A stretch of DNA of 64,000 bases from an uncultured Acidobacteriota bacterium (lineage in GTDB: Bacteria; Acidobacteriota; Blastocatellia; RBC074): the NCBI GenBank assembly GCA_963796275.1, contig CAWCKY010000006.1:2624001-2688000 (forward strand). The letters are read 5' to 3'. Every line of letters starts with the position of its first letter. Position 1 is the stretch's first letter. A program made the position numbers and the translations under genes. Below are positions 42,695 through 55,100 of the stretch, in pieces. The notes under the pieces are model-generated. The model searched no databases and was not told the DNA's origin. It was given only the letters and a program-made list of their open reading frames with translations.

Positions 42695-43914
42695 AACCCA
42701 CTCGAACTCCGCATAACTGTCCATCGTCGTTCCAGTAGATAAATTCCTGGCGTGGCGATTCTTTCGCTTTGCCCTTGAAGAATGGCCCCAGATCATGGCC
42801 GTCGAGGTGAACCTTAAAGGTCTTGGAACCAGCCGCATATCCTTTGAGTGATTTTGTCACAACGTCTGCGTCGCCTGCCGCCGCTACGAACGTCGGCAGC
42901 AGATCCCTCGTGAGCACACATGTCGTTGATGATCGTGCCGGGTTTAATGACGCCCGGCCATCGAATGCACATCGGTACGCGGAAGCCGCCTTCCCAATTT
43001 GTCGCTTTTTCGCCACGGAACGGTGTCTGGCCTCCGTCCGGGTAGGACATGACTTCGGTGCCATTGTCAGTCGTATAAACAACAATCGTGTTGTCGGCGA
43101 TTCCGAGATCGTCGAGCTTCTTGAGAAGCTGTCCTACGTGACCGTCATGCTCGACCATACCGTCCGGATATATGCCCAGGCCGGTCACTCCTTTGGATTC
43201 TGGCTTGAGGTGAGTCCAGACGTGCATTCGGGTGGTGTTCATCCATATGAAGAAGGGTTTGCTGTCCTTGTGCTGGCGATCGATAAAGTCGAGCGCGGCG
43301 CCAAGGAACTCTTCATCCACCGTCTCCATGCGTTTCTTGGTCAACGGTCCGGTGTCCTCGATCTTCTGCTTGCCAACGCGTCCCCAGCGCTTCTCCTCTG
43401 TCGGATCATCTTTGTCCTGTGCCCAGGAATGCAGCACGCCGCGCGGTCCGAACATTTCCTTGAAACGGGGATCCTTTGGATATTTGGGGTCTTCCGGCTC
43501 TTCTTCCGCGTTGAGGTGATAAAGGTTGCCGAAAAATTCGTCAAACCCATGCACTGTGGGTAAAAACTTGTTTTGATCGCCAAGATGATTTTTGCCGAAT
43601 TGGCCACACATATAGCCGAGCGGTTTTAGATATTCGGCGATGGTCGGGTCCTCAAAACTAATGCCCAGGTCGGCGCCGGGTAATCCAACTTTGGTTAGCC
43701 CGGTGCGAATGGGCGACTGGCCGGTGATAAATGCCGCCCGGCCGGCTGTACAGCTCTGCTGGCCGTACCAATCGGTAAACATTGCACCTTCGTTGCCGAT
43801 GCGATCGATATTGGGCGTCCGGTAGCCCATCATCCCGCGATGATAGATGCTGGGGTTGAACCAACCGATATCATCTCCCATTATTACTAGAATGTTTGGT
43901 TTGTTACTTGGCAT
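42693..43914 (-). pseudogene. arylsulfatase, frameshifted near 42905 and 3'-truncated
   Basis: PNILVIMGDDIG, CTAGR formylglycine motif, GKNHLG, WEGGFRVP; continues DLLPTF..HLDG..WNDDG in another frame, then stops early. Confidence 0.85.
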
Positions 43915-44025
43915 TACTTAGTTTTCCTTTCGATATTGGTCAGAAGTTGAAGTTTGTTTGTTTTATGAGTATCTCTAGCCGTCCTGCTTGAGCGGTGACT
44001 TGTCCCACACTCCCAAAGGCGCTCG

Positions 44026-45462
44026 CTAATTCACCCGCTGCACCGCCGGCGGCGTCCACGAACCGTCGATGACCGCTGCTTTGGGCCAATAAGCACGGCA
44101 ATAAAGCGTAAAGTCGGCATCTTTTGGCGCCGGCAGCCAATTTGTTCGTTGCGTCTCAGACGGCCGATCTGCCTGCACATAGATCGTGAGCGAACCGTCA
44201 TCATTCGTCTTGATATCCTTGTTTTTGGTTCCGACCGAGTAACGATCGATCTCGTTTGGAGTGAAGAAGTGGTGCTCGTTGTATAGGGTCAGTGACCAGA
44301 AGCCGTAAACCGGCGGAGTCTGTTCTTTAGCGAAGGTCACGGTGTAGCGGCCCGAGCCATTAAGGCGATGTCCATCCTTGTCGAGGTCCTGATAGAAGTA
44401 CTTCGTTTCTTTCGGAGCGTTTACAAAGATGTTGGACTTCGCGACCGCGGTGCGTGTGAAGTAGTCGGTGCCGAATGCCGCTTCGTTTGAGATCGTACTC
44501 CAGTTGTGGGGCAGTTGCTGACCGTAATTGCGGAATTGGAAGAGCGGGTTGACCAGTTGTTCGTTGGCATCCACAGCGCCTTCGGTCATGGCCGTTTTGA
44601 TCTGCGGGTCATTCTTTGCCGCGTCGAGTACTGCCAGTACCTGTGCGTAGCGCGCCTCCTCGCCCGGCAGCGGCGGCGCATCGGCGAGAACGACCGGCAG
44701 TGTGTCCACGAAGGATTCAGGCGGGACCCATATCACTTCCTGCTCGCCGGTCGCCGGGTTCGGTAATCTCTGAATCGTGCTCCAATCGATGCTTTTCATC
44801 TTGCCGTCATATTCCGTTAGCGGGTACATCATTATCTGCCGCAGTACCGGCTGGATCGCCTTTCGATCATCAGTCGTATCGTCCATGAAGATGCGAGGCG
44901 CGATGAACCCGGTGTTGGTAGAAGCCCGAAAGACTTCAGTGACTCCCTCGGGTACCTCTCCATGCCAGTTCGGCCCGGTAAGCAAATAGAAGCCTGGGGT
45001 CGAGCCGTACATCTTGCCGATCTGAACGAAACCGTCGCTCCGGAGGTCAACGGCCTGATAGACCCAAAAGCGATCGCCAAAATCGGGCACCTGGATTACG
45101 ACTGGCGATTCCTCGAGGCCCAATGAGCCGCCGCCGTAAACCACGTCCTGGTTCGGGCAGGCGACGATTCGTTCATCAGGGGCCACGTAGTCGGTGAGCA
45201 TGACAATTCGATTGAGCGGCGCGGCCGGCACCGGCCCGGCATAGGCGAGCTCTTTCGATTTCTCCGCGCCAAGGCGCTTGTTATAAATATTGATCAGTGG
45301 CCACGCCCAGAAAAAGGCGTCGCGCGCGACATGCCTGGCATACTCTTTGGTAATCTTGACGCGTCTATCGGGGCCGGGCGGCATTGTGCGTGACCAATTC
45401 GGAGACGGCATCACATCGGTTATAGATATTGCTGCTGCGGTTGGTTGTTTTTTTGTTTTCAT
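44026..45462 (-). CDS. DUF1254/DUF1214 domain protein
   Basis: CPNQDVVY, VPDFGDRFW, PPVYGFWSLTLY, NWLPAP, RAYWP. Confidence 0.85.
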   Translation of the reverse strand: MKTKKQPTAAAISITDVMPSPNWSRTMPPGPDRRVKITKEYARHVARDAFFWAWPLINIYNKRLGAEKSKELAYAGPVPAAPLNRIVMLTDYVAPDERIVACPNQDVVYGGGSLGLEESPVVIQVPDFGDRFWVYQAVDLRSDGFVQIGKMYGSTPGFYLLTGPNWHGEVPEGVTEVFRASTNTGFIAPRIFMDDTTDDRKAIQPVLRQIMMYPLTEYDGKMKSIDWSTIQRLPNPATGEQEVIWVPPESFVDTLPVVLADAPPLPGEEARYAQVLAVLDAAKNDPQIKTAMTEGAVDANEQLVNPLFQFRNYGQQLPHNWSTISNEAAFGTDYFTRTAVAKSNIFVNAPKETKYFYQDLDKDGHRLNGSGRYTVTFAKEQTPPVYGFWSLTLYNEHHFFTPNEIDRYSVGTKNKDIKTNDDGSLTIYVQADRPSETQRTNWLPAPKDADFTLYCRAYWPKAAVIDGSWTPPAVQRVN

Positions 45463-45487
45463 TTTCCCCTCCTCCTTTCATCTGTCT

Positions 45488-46190
45488 CTAATTCAATTTC
45501 TCGATATCCGGCAGTCTCCACGTCTTATCGAACAATGGCTTTTCCGGACCGTAGATGGACCGGGACGTTTGCCGGCACGTTCAGTCGATAGTTGGCGTTG
45601 CCCTCTAACGGCCTCCCATCCTTATCATTGGCTGTCAGCAAATAGTATTGAGCTTCTCCCACATGCTTGGCTCGGCATCACTGCCACTCTTCAAAACGGA
45701 ACGCAGCAGAGCGTAGCCCTGATAGGTGTCCGAGGGCATTGGAATGTAACCATTGGGCACTTTGGCTTTGTCGTAGCCGGGCGGCAGGATGAGATATCTA
45801 CCACCTGTGCCCTTGTCTACCCCGCCTGGCCCACATCTTCGATGGCGGCCTGCCAGTAATTCATGATGCTTCCGTTGATCAAGCCATCATCGGCGGGCGG
45901 GATCTCCAGCACCACGGGCCCAACGTCCATCGTATTGAAGAAAGGCATGAGATAGATCACGTCGGGATTTGGCGTCAGCGTCTGGTTCTTCCAGTCAAGC
46001 AGACGCGACCAGTAGAGGACCTGGTTGAAGCCGCCTCTGACCTTAGTAATCACCTCCTGATACATAAGATGGTAGTTGACCGCCGGCATGCCCAGATGAC
46101 GGCCTCGACGGTACGGCGTTGAAGCGCGCGCTCGGTCAATTCGGCTGAGCCTAATGTCGATTCGGTTTTGAAACCGGTTTGTGCGTTCAT
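45488..46190 (-). pseudogene. DUF1254/DUF1214 gene with frameshifts and two internal deletions
   Basis: fragments MPAVNY..TPNPDVIY..GPVVLEIP, DKGTGGRYLILPPGY, DKDGRPLEGNANYRLNVPANVPV and YGPEKPLFDKTWRLPDIEK within about 700 bp. Confidence 0.8.
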
Positions 46191-46477
46191 TTATGTAGCT
46201 CCTTTCTTTCTTGTTAGAGGCATGTGAGTACTTCGTTTCATGATGATGACTCCTTTATTGAGTTGGAACAGCGAACCACGGACCACACGAGGAGCTAAGA
46301 GGGATTGAATTTCTTTTGTTGGGGTTCTAAATCACACATGTCCTCAAGACATGCGTAGGTGCGGATAGGTCGATTCAGGCAAGCTGGGATTCCCGTCAAT
46401 CGGCCCAAAAAGGAGGAAGCTCTAATTCGCTATCAATTATAGTTTATTTCCCAGATTCTAACAGGAAGAATGCAAAG

Positions 46478-46595
46478 TCTGCCCGCTCTATGATGACTGA
46501 CGAGCACGCAAGGCCGCTTTGATGTCTGCGACTCGCTTACGCCACATAGGCTTCGCAAATGACTTCGCCATCAGTATAGTCAAGGTATTGTGTAT
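46478..46595 (-). pseudogene. N-terminal remnant of a dienelactone hydrolase-like gene
   Basis: TQYLDYTDGEVICEAYVA* followed in another frame by KRPCVLVSH. Confidence 0.45.
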
Positions 46596-46741
46596 TTGTT
46601 GTGAAGGTTTCAAACTGACAATGCGGCTACGCATCAGACTTACAGCGATTGTTGCTTTATTTGCCGGTTTGATAATCCGCAGGTGGATCAGGACGAAGTA
46701 AATTCGGGCGAACCGCGCGGGGTGAAAAAAACGCGAAGCGT

Positions 46742-46768
46742 GTTCGATTTTCCATCGGCGCGTTCGTC
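46742..46768 (+). promoter_or_regulatory. candidate ECF sigma promoter GTTCGA-N17-CGTC
   Basis: resembles the TGTCGA/CGTC ECF42-type motif; 83 bp upstream of ATG 46852. Confidence 0.35.
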
Positions 46769-46851
46769 TATCCCGTTTGAGAAAGTATTGGTTGATGACG
46801 ACGCTCCATCGTTCTCAACGCGACTAATTCCTAAATCATCAGGAGATCATC

Positions 46852-47427
46852 ATGGCCGACCTGGAAAAAGCAATCGCGACGCAACTAGCCAACATTGAAA
46901 ATCGCAGCGGCAAATCGTTGGACGAACTCGCCGCAATCATCCGCGCCTCCGGCCTCGCTAAACACGGTGAAATCCGCGACATGCTAAAACGCGACCTGGG
47001 ACTGGGTCACGGCGACGCCAACACCCTGACTCATCACGTGCTCAAATCCGATGGGCAAAGCGCCGCTACCGACGCCGGCCTCAGCGTTGACGATGTCGTG
47101 GCGGGACTGTACACGGGGCCAAAAGCCTCCTTGCGCCCTATTCACGACAAGCTGATGGCGGAGATCAACAAGTTCGGGGCTTTCGAGATCGCGCCTAAGA
47201 AGACGTATGTCAGTCTGCGTCGCAAAAAGCAGTTCGCAATGATCGGCCCGGCGACCAAAACGCAGGTGGAAGTCGGTTTGAATGTTAAAGGCCTTGCGCC
47301 CGCCGAGCGGCTGGTCGAACAACCGCCGAACAGCATGTGCAACTATAAGATCAGACTGAGCGCGGTCGCGGAGGTGGACGCCACTTTGATTGCGTGGATT
47401 AAGCAGGCGTTTGAGAGCGCGGGTTGA
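46852..47427 (+). CDS. DUF4287/DUF5655 domain protein
   Basis: NIENRSGKSL, KHGEIRDMLK..GLGHGDAN; PKKTYVSLRRKKQFA; AGGAG RBS. Confidence 0.8.
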   Translation: MADLEKAIATQLANIENRSGKSLDELAAIIRASGLAKHGEIRDMLKRDLGLGHGDANTLTHHVLKSDGQSAATDAGLSVDDVVAGLYTGPKASLRPIHDKLMAEINKFGAFEIAPKKTYVSLRRKKQFAMIGPATKTQVEVGLNVKGLAPAERLVEQPPNSMCNYKIRLSAVAEVDATLIAWIKQAFESAG

Positions 47428-47681
47428 TTTTGCGCGATTGTGCAGTGCGCGGGACGGAGATGAATATTTGCCGGAACTGCATCAATACATCTTTTGATGT
47501 GAGGAGGTTTAGTCCTATCGCCGCTGCCGAGAACTTCAGCTATTGAAGGGACTTACCCATAGCCGAGTAGACGCAGGGTCCCCAACATTACATTTTTCCC
47601 ACTGCTACCAAACACCAAGTATGATAGTGAACTGTTAATGGATATCCGTTTGTCGGATCATTGAAGAAGGGAGCAGGAACA

Positions 47682-48056
47682 ATGTCTCATGAGTTTCCGT
47701 TGTTTGCCGATCTGCTTGTATTGCTGCTGATCTCAGTCGCCCTCCTGCTGGTAGCGATGGCGCTTCTAATCACTGGCACCCTCAAACTGATTTTACCTTT
47801 CACTCCATATATTGTTTTTGCCGGAGCCATCACCCTGAGCGTGTGGATCAGTGGAATCAAGGGCGGGATTTTGAGCCTCCTGATCTCAGTGCTGATCGTC
47901 AATTTTTTCTTTTTCCCTCCCCTTTATTTGTTGACGCTGAACACCAATGACCTGTGGCGTCTAGTAGTGTTTGGGTTGGCGTTGATCGTTGCCGTTTTTA
48001 TGCGCAAAAGCGCTCTCGCCCGGCAACATCCCGCCTCCGGCTCTTCCCCCAGGTGA
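47682..48056 (+). CDS. small four-TM membrane protein, DUF4118-like
   Basis: GAITLSVWISGIKGGILSLLIS..NFFFFPPLY pattern as in KdpD-type TM domains. Confidence 0.55.
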   Translation: MSHEFPLFADLLVLLLISVALLLVAMALLITGTLKLILPFTPYIVFAGAITLSVWISGIKGGILSLLISVLIVNFFFFPPLYLLTLNTNDLWRLVVFGLALIVAVFMRKSALARQHPASGSSPR

Positions 48057-48240
48057 ATGGGACAATAATCCATCGTGTCATAAAGAGAGCGTACCGTGTA
48101 ATGAAGGCTTGTAAAATTAAGTCCTAAAAGCGGGCTTGATTCTGGATTTCCAGTGGTCAATCCAGCTTTCGGAAGGGACACGTCCTTTGTGTTTATGGAA
48201 ACGCGCGGGATGTATAGCGCGTCTTATGATAGGGGTACCA

Positions 48241-49689
48241 ATGACGATTGAAAAAAACTTCCGCAATCTGATAGCCGCAGTTTTGACTTCATTGTTGATC
48301 ACCGGCGGCGCGCAAGCGTTTCCCGCAATTCAGGACGCCGCCTCCCAATCCGGCGCGTCGAATCAAAGCATCGAAGGCGCGTGGGAAGGGACGCTCGATT
48401 TTGGAGCCGCAAAGCTCCGGCTCGTGCTCAAAATCTCCAAGGCCGCCGACGGCTCGCTCACCGCCAAAGCTGACAGCCCCGATCAGGGTGCGACGGACCT
48501 GCAGGTTGACGCCATCAGCCTCAAAGAAGGCGCCGTGCGTTTCGAGATGAAACGGCTCATGGCCTCTTACGAAGGGACATTGAAGAGAGAGGCTTCGGAG
48601 ATTGTGGGGGAATTCAAACAGGGCGGCATATCTATGCCACTGACATTGAAACGAACGGCAAGGCCCACCGCGCTCAATCGTCCACAGGAACCGAAGAAGC
48701 CTTACCCTTACGATGAGGAAGAAGTCGGTTACGAAAACAGACGCGATGGCGTGAAACTGGCGGGCACGCTGACATTGCCGCGTGGCAAAGGCCCGTTTCC
48801 GGCGGCTCTGCTCATCACCGGATCAGGTCCGCAAGATCGCGACGAATCGCTGCTCGGCCACAAACCTTTTCTCGTGCTCGCCGATTATCTGACGCGGCAG
48901 GGCATAGCGGTGCTGCGCGTTGACGACCGCGGCGTGGACGGCTCGACCGGCAGCGTGCCGAACTCGACCAGTGAAGATTTGGCCGCCGACGTGACGGCCG
49001 GGATCGAATTTCTGAAGGCGCGAAAGGGGATTGACTCTAAACAAATCGGCCTGATAGGCCACAGTGAAGGTGGGTTGATCGCGCCGATGGTGGCGGCGCA
49101 AAACGCCGATGTGGCTTTCATCGTATTGATGGCCGGCACCGGGCTGACCGGCGAGGAGATTCTTTACCTGCAGGGCTCGTTGATCTTGAAAGCCGGCGGG
49201 GCGAGCGTCGAGCAGTTGGCTAAACAGCGCGCGACTCAGGAAATCATTTTCAAAGTCCTGAAAGAGGAGAAAGACCCCGCGGCTGCCGAGAACCGGCTTC
49301 ACGAAGAACTGTCAAAAAGCGCGACCGAAGAAGAGAGGAAAAAATTCGCGATTCAGATTAAGCAAGTGAATACTGTGTGGTTCCGGTACTTTTTGACATT
49401 CGATCCGCGCCCCGCGCTGCGGGAAGTGAAATGCCCAGTGCTTGCGCTCAACGGCGAAAACGACCTGCAAGTGCCCGTGAACGAAAACCTGCGCGAGATC
49501 GAGGCCGCGCTCAAAGCCGGTGGGAATAAAGACGTCACCATCGTCCGGCTGCCGAAACTCAATCACCTTTTTCAAACCAGCGAGACCGGATCGCCGAGCG
49601 AATACGTCAAGATCGAAGAGACCATCGCCCCGATCGCGCTGAAGACTATCGGCGATTGGATTCAAAAACGGACCACGACACAAAGGTGA
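48241..49689 (+). CDS. secreted alpha/beta hydrolase (S9/S33-like)
   Basis: signal peptide, WEGTL N-domain, ITGSGPQDRD, GHSEGG, GENDLQV, LNHLFQ. Confidence 0.88.
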   Translation: MTIEKNFRNLIAAVLTSLLITGGAQAFPAIQDAASQSGASNQSIEGAWEGTLDFGAAKLRLVLKISKAADGSLTAKADSPDQGATDLQVDAISLKEGAVRFEMKRLMASYEGTLKREASEIVGEFKQGGISMPLTLKRTARPTALNRPQEPKKPYPYDEEEVGYENRRDGVKLAGTLTLPRGKGPFPAALLITGSGPQDRDESLLGHKPFLVLADYLTRQGIAVLRVDDRGVDGSTGSVPNSTSEDLAADVTAGIEFLKARKGIDSKQIGLIGHSEGGLIAPMVAAQNADVAFIVLMAGTGLTGEEILYLQGSLILKAGGASVEQLAKQRATQEIIFKVLKEEKDPAAAENRLHEELSKSATEEERKKFAIQIKQVNTVWFRYFLTFDPRPALREVKCPVLALNGENDLQVPVNENLREIEAALKAGGNKDVTIVRLPKLNHLFQTSETGSPSEYVKIEETIAPIALKTIGDWIQKRTTTQR

Positions 49690-49699
49690 GACAGGTTCG

Positions 49700-49887
49700 G
49701 GGGATTGACCTTGGATGGAGAGGTCGAACGGTTGGTCCATCAAGTCTTCGAGGGGATTGGGTTCGGCCAGCCCGACCAGTCGTTTCTCGCCGAGCAGATA
49801 TAACAACCCGTCCGCGTAACCGATCGAGCCTTTGCCGACGCTGCGGTCTTTCCACATCACCTTGCCCGTATTGAATTGGCGAGCCAT
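49700..49887 (-). pseudogene. remnant of a PQQ-like beta-propeller protein C-terminus
   Basis: FNTGKVMWKDRSVGKGSIGYADGLLYLLGE..VGLAE. Confidence 0.55.
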
Positions 49888-49984
49888 TCTGGATCAACAG
49901 CATGCGCCACAACTCGAGTCCTCGCATTGCGTGTCCTGAACATTTACGAGAAATCCTTATTCAAATCACTATGATTGACTTCGT

Positions 49985-52400
<2,416 letters not shown>

Positions 52401-52433
52401 CTCTCACTCTCCTTGATTCAATAGCGACAAACG

Positions 52434-53375
52434 TTATGTCAGTGCGTTTTTGCAATAGTTAAGGCATTTGCTCATTTCGGTTATGAGGTCTGATCCTTCG
52501 GGCACCTGGTACTCGAACTCAATATTGGCAGGGAAAGCATACTTCTCCTTCGCCATCAGTCGCAGCACCTCTGTGATCGGCGTGTCACCTTGTCCCCAGG
52601 GCACGTTCGGCCCCTGATTCTTTTTCCGATCTTTCAAATGAAGGCTAGTGATCCGGCCGTGGTGCTCTTTGATATAATCCACCGGATCGAAGTTGGCCGC
52701 CGTGAAATGGCCGATATCTAGATTGACGCCGATGTATTTCGAGAACGACATGATGGTTGCAAAGCTCTGGGGCGTGGCGAACTCTTCGGGATCGGTGAGA
52801 TTCGAATGGCCGTGGCCGCCCCACATGATCTTGTGTTTGTCTGCAAACGGCGCGACACGCTTGGCAAAGCTCACGGTAGAACTCGAGGAGATCGATTCGA
52901 TGCCGAGCGCCTTCGCCATCTGGAACGCATACTCGATCTCGTCATCAGTGGCTGTCATACGCTGGTTGAAGCAAAGAATCGGGATATCAATTTCAGCGTC
53001 ATTGAACTTCTTCTTGACAGTCTTGAATGTATCGGGCGAAGTCTCCATGCGCCATTTGCGCAGCGCTTCCTGCTGCTGGCGCAGTGCTTCCTGCTGTTCG
53101 GGTGTCATCTGGCTTCGGCCGCCACCTCTTTGACCGCCTGAACGTGCTACCTGAGGTGCGCCAGCCAATGCTTCGCAGTGGTTCGACATCAGTTCCGCTT
53201 CGCCGAGACCAAGCTTGACCATCGCGGGGATGATCTCGCCGGCCGGCAGAGAGCGGAAGCTATAGGTGATAGCGCCGATTTGGATGCCCTTGAACTTAGA
53301 GGTGGTTTGGGCTAGCGCTACTGACAAGGGCAAGCCAGCGAACATCATCTTTCCGAATTTTCGCCTTGAGTACAT
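52434..53375 (-). CDS. sugar phosphate isomerase/epimerase (TIM barrel) with Tat-like signal
   Basis: SRRKF, IGAITYSFR, NLDIGHF, HLKDRK, IEFEY. Confidence 0.85.
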   Translation of the reverse strand: MYSRRKFGKMMFAGLPLSVALAQTTSKFKGIQIGAITYSFRSLPAGEIIPAMVKLGLGEAELMSNHCEALAGAPQVARSGGQRGGGRSQMTPEQQEALRQQQEALRKWRMETSPDTFKTVKKKFNDAEIDIPILCFNQRMTATDDEIEYAFQMAKALGIESISSSSTVSFAKRVAPFADKHKIMWGGHGHSNLTDPEEFATPQSFATIMSFSKYIGVNLDIGHFTAANFDPVDYIKEHHGRITSLHLKDRKKNQGPNVPWGQGDTPITEVLRLMAKEKYAFPANIEFEYQVPEGSDLITEMSKCLNYCKNALT

Positions 53376-53422
53376 GATCTGTATCGCTCCTTTGACTGGG
53401 TGAACATCAACATCCGATTGAG

Positions 53423-54680
53423 CTACATCGCCGTCTTCGTCTGAAAGAGTTGTGGCGCGAATTCGCTCAGATAGTTACGCCAATTGATCCACGTGTGGCC
53501 GCCCTCGCTTTCCTGCGAGACTGGCCTGAACCCATGCTGCTTGAGAAGTTCCACTGTGTTGCGGCTGATGCTGAGCAGGAAATCGTCTTTGCCGATACTG
53601 ACCCAGAGCAGTTTCAGCCCTTTCTTCAAATTGGTATCGTCGAGCTTGGCCTGATGCTGTTTGAGCCACGTTTCTCCCGCTGGCGTTATCTGTGCCGGAG
53701 CGTTCGCTGCAGGCGGTGCGCCTGTGCCGGGAGTTTGGCGTGCAAAGACATTCAGCAAACCCGAACTGAAGACGCCGATGTAACCGAACTTCTCCAGATT
53801 CGGTAGCGCGATGTTGAGCGTCTGATTGCCGCCCATCGAGAGGCCCGCGATCGCGCGGTTTTCGCGGCCCGCGAGCACACGATAGTTCTTCTCGACATAC
53901 GGCATGATGTCGGTCATGAAATCCTGAATAAATTCATCCGGTGGCGGGGCGGCGCTGCTACCTGGCTGCGCGATGCCCGGCAACGGCCCCCGGCCCCTCG
54001 GGCGCGTATGTCCGGCGGGCATGACGATAATCATCGGTCTGGCTTTCTTCGCCGCAATCAAGTTATCGAGAATGAAACCGGCGCGACCGACCGATGTCCA
54101 CGAATCGTCACAATCGCCCGCGCCGTGTAGCAGGTAAAAGGCCGGGAATTTGCCCTGCCCCAATTCATAGCCTGGCGGCGTGTAGACGTGCATGCGTCGG
54201 AATCTGCCGAGCGCTGTTGAGTAGTAAGTGACCGCCGCGATCGCGCCGTGCGGCACGTTCTTCGTGTCGGAGATTTCCGAGCCTGGCACGTGAACGAGGC
54301 TCCTGACATTATCGTTCGACTCGCTAACCAGCGGATTGCGCGGGTCAATCACCGCCACGTCGTTGACGTTGAAGTTGTAGCGATAGGAGCCTGGAGGAAT
54401 AGGGCCGATGGTGATTTCCCAAACGCCCTTGTCGCCCTTGGTCATCGGTTTGCCCTGCCCCATACCTGGAATATCGCTACCCGTGAGCCGAACGCTTTCG
54501 GCTTGCGGCGCGAGCAGACGAAAAGTGATCTGCCTATCTGCCGAAACTTCCGGTGAACTGACAACAGGTGGCGGCGTTTGTTGCGCTGCCTGAGCGGCGG
54601 TCTGCGCCAAAACTGCAGGCGTCAATTCGCAGACCATTAATAATACTGGCCGCACGAGTGATCAACTTTCCAAATTTCAC
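53423..54680 (-). CDS. carbohydrate esterase (CE1-like) with N-terminal CBM48-like domain; likely frameshift in the signal peptide
   Basis: VVSSPEV..ITFRL.AP, VYTPPGY, YLLHG, AGLSMGG, GGHTW; GTG 54680 with AAGGA RBS is out of frame with the body ORF. Confidence 0.82.
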
Positions 54681-55022
54681 GGCGGTAGTTCCTTTCTCTT
54701 TGAAGCGAACAGGGCGTGAGCGACCTCTCCGGGCTGGATGGGAACATCATTCAAACAGAGAGATGGATCGCCTGTTGCCCGTGTGCTCTGTAAAAGTCTC
54801 AGATGCACCCTGCTCGATGATTAAATGCAATGGATTAACCGTAATTGCAACTTTCCGGGTGAATATAACCGATGCAGCATTATGAAGAAGACAGTCTCAC
54901 AGCACCAGCCCACGCGCCAAACAGCAACAGTCCCAAAACTTTCCCGAATTTTCGATTTTCCACTCTGAATACTTCTTCTCGCCCCGTTAGCGGCAGGTTA
55001 TTAGTGATGTGGTAGCTCTTCT

Positions 55023-55094
55023 TGCCTCGTCGTGTTAGCGGCGGTTGAATTCAGCCGCACTAAAATCACTTGCCGCTAACACGGCAAAGAGGCA
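55023..55094. repeat. nested GC-rich stem-loop (REP-like) directly after the receptor stop codon
   Basis: CGTGTTAGCGGC/GCCGCTAACACG arms, inner GCGGTTGAATTCAGCCGC, partial extra arm at 54984-55006. Confidence 0.65.
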
Positions 55095-55100
55095 TTCCGC

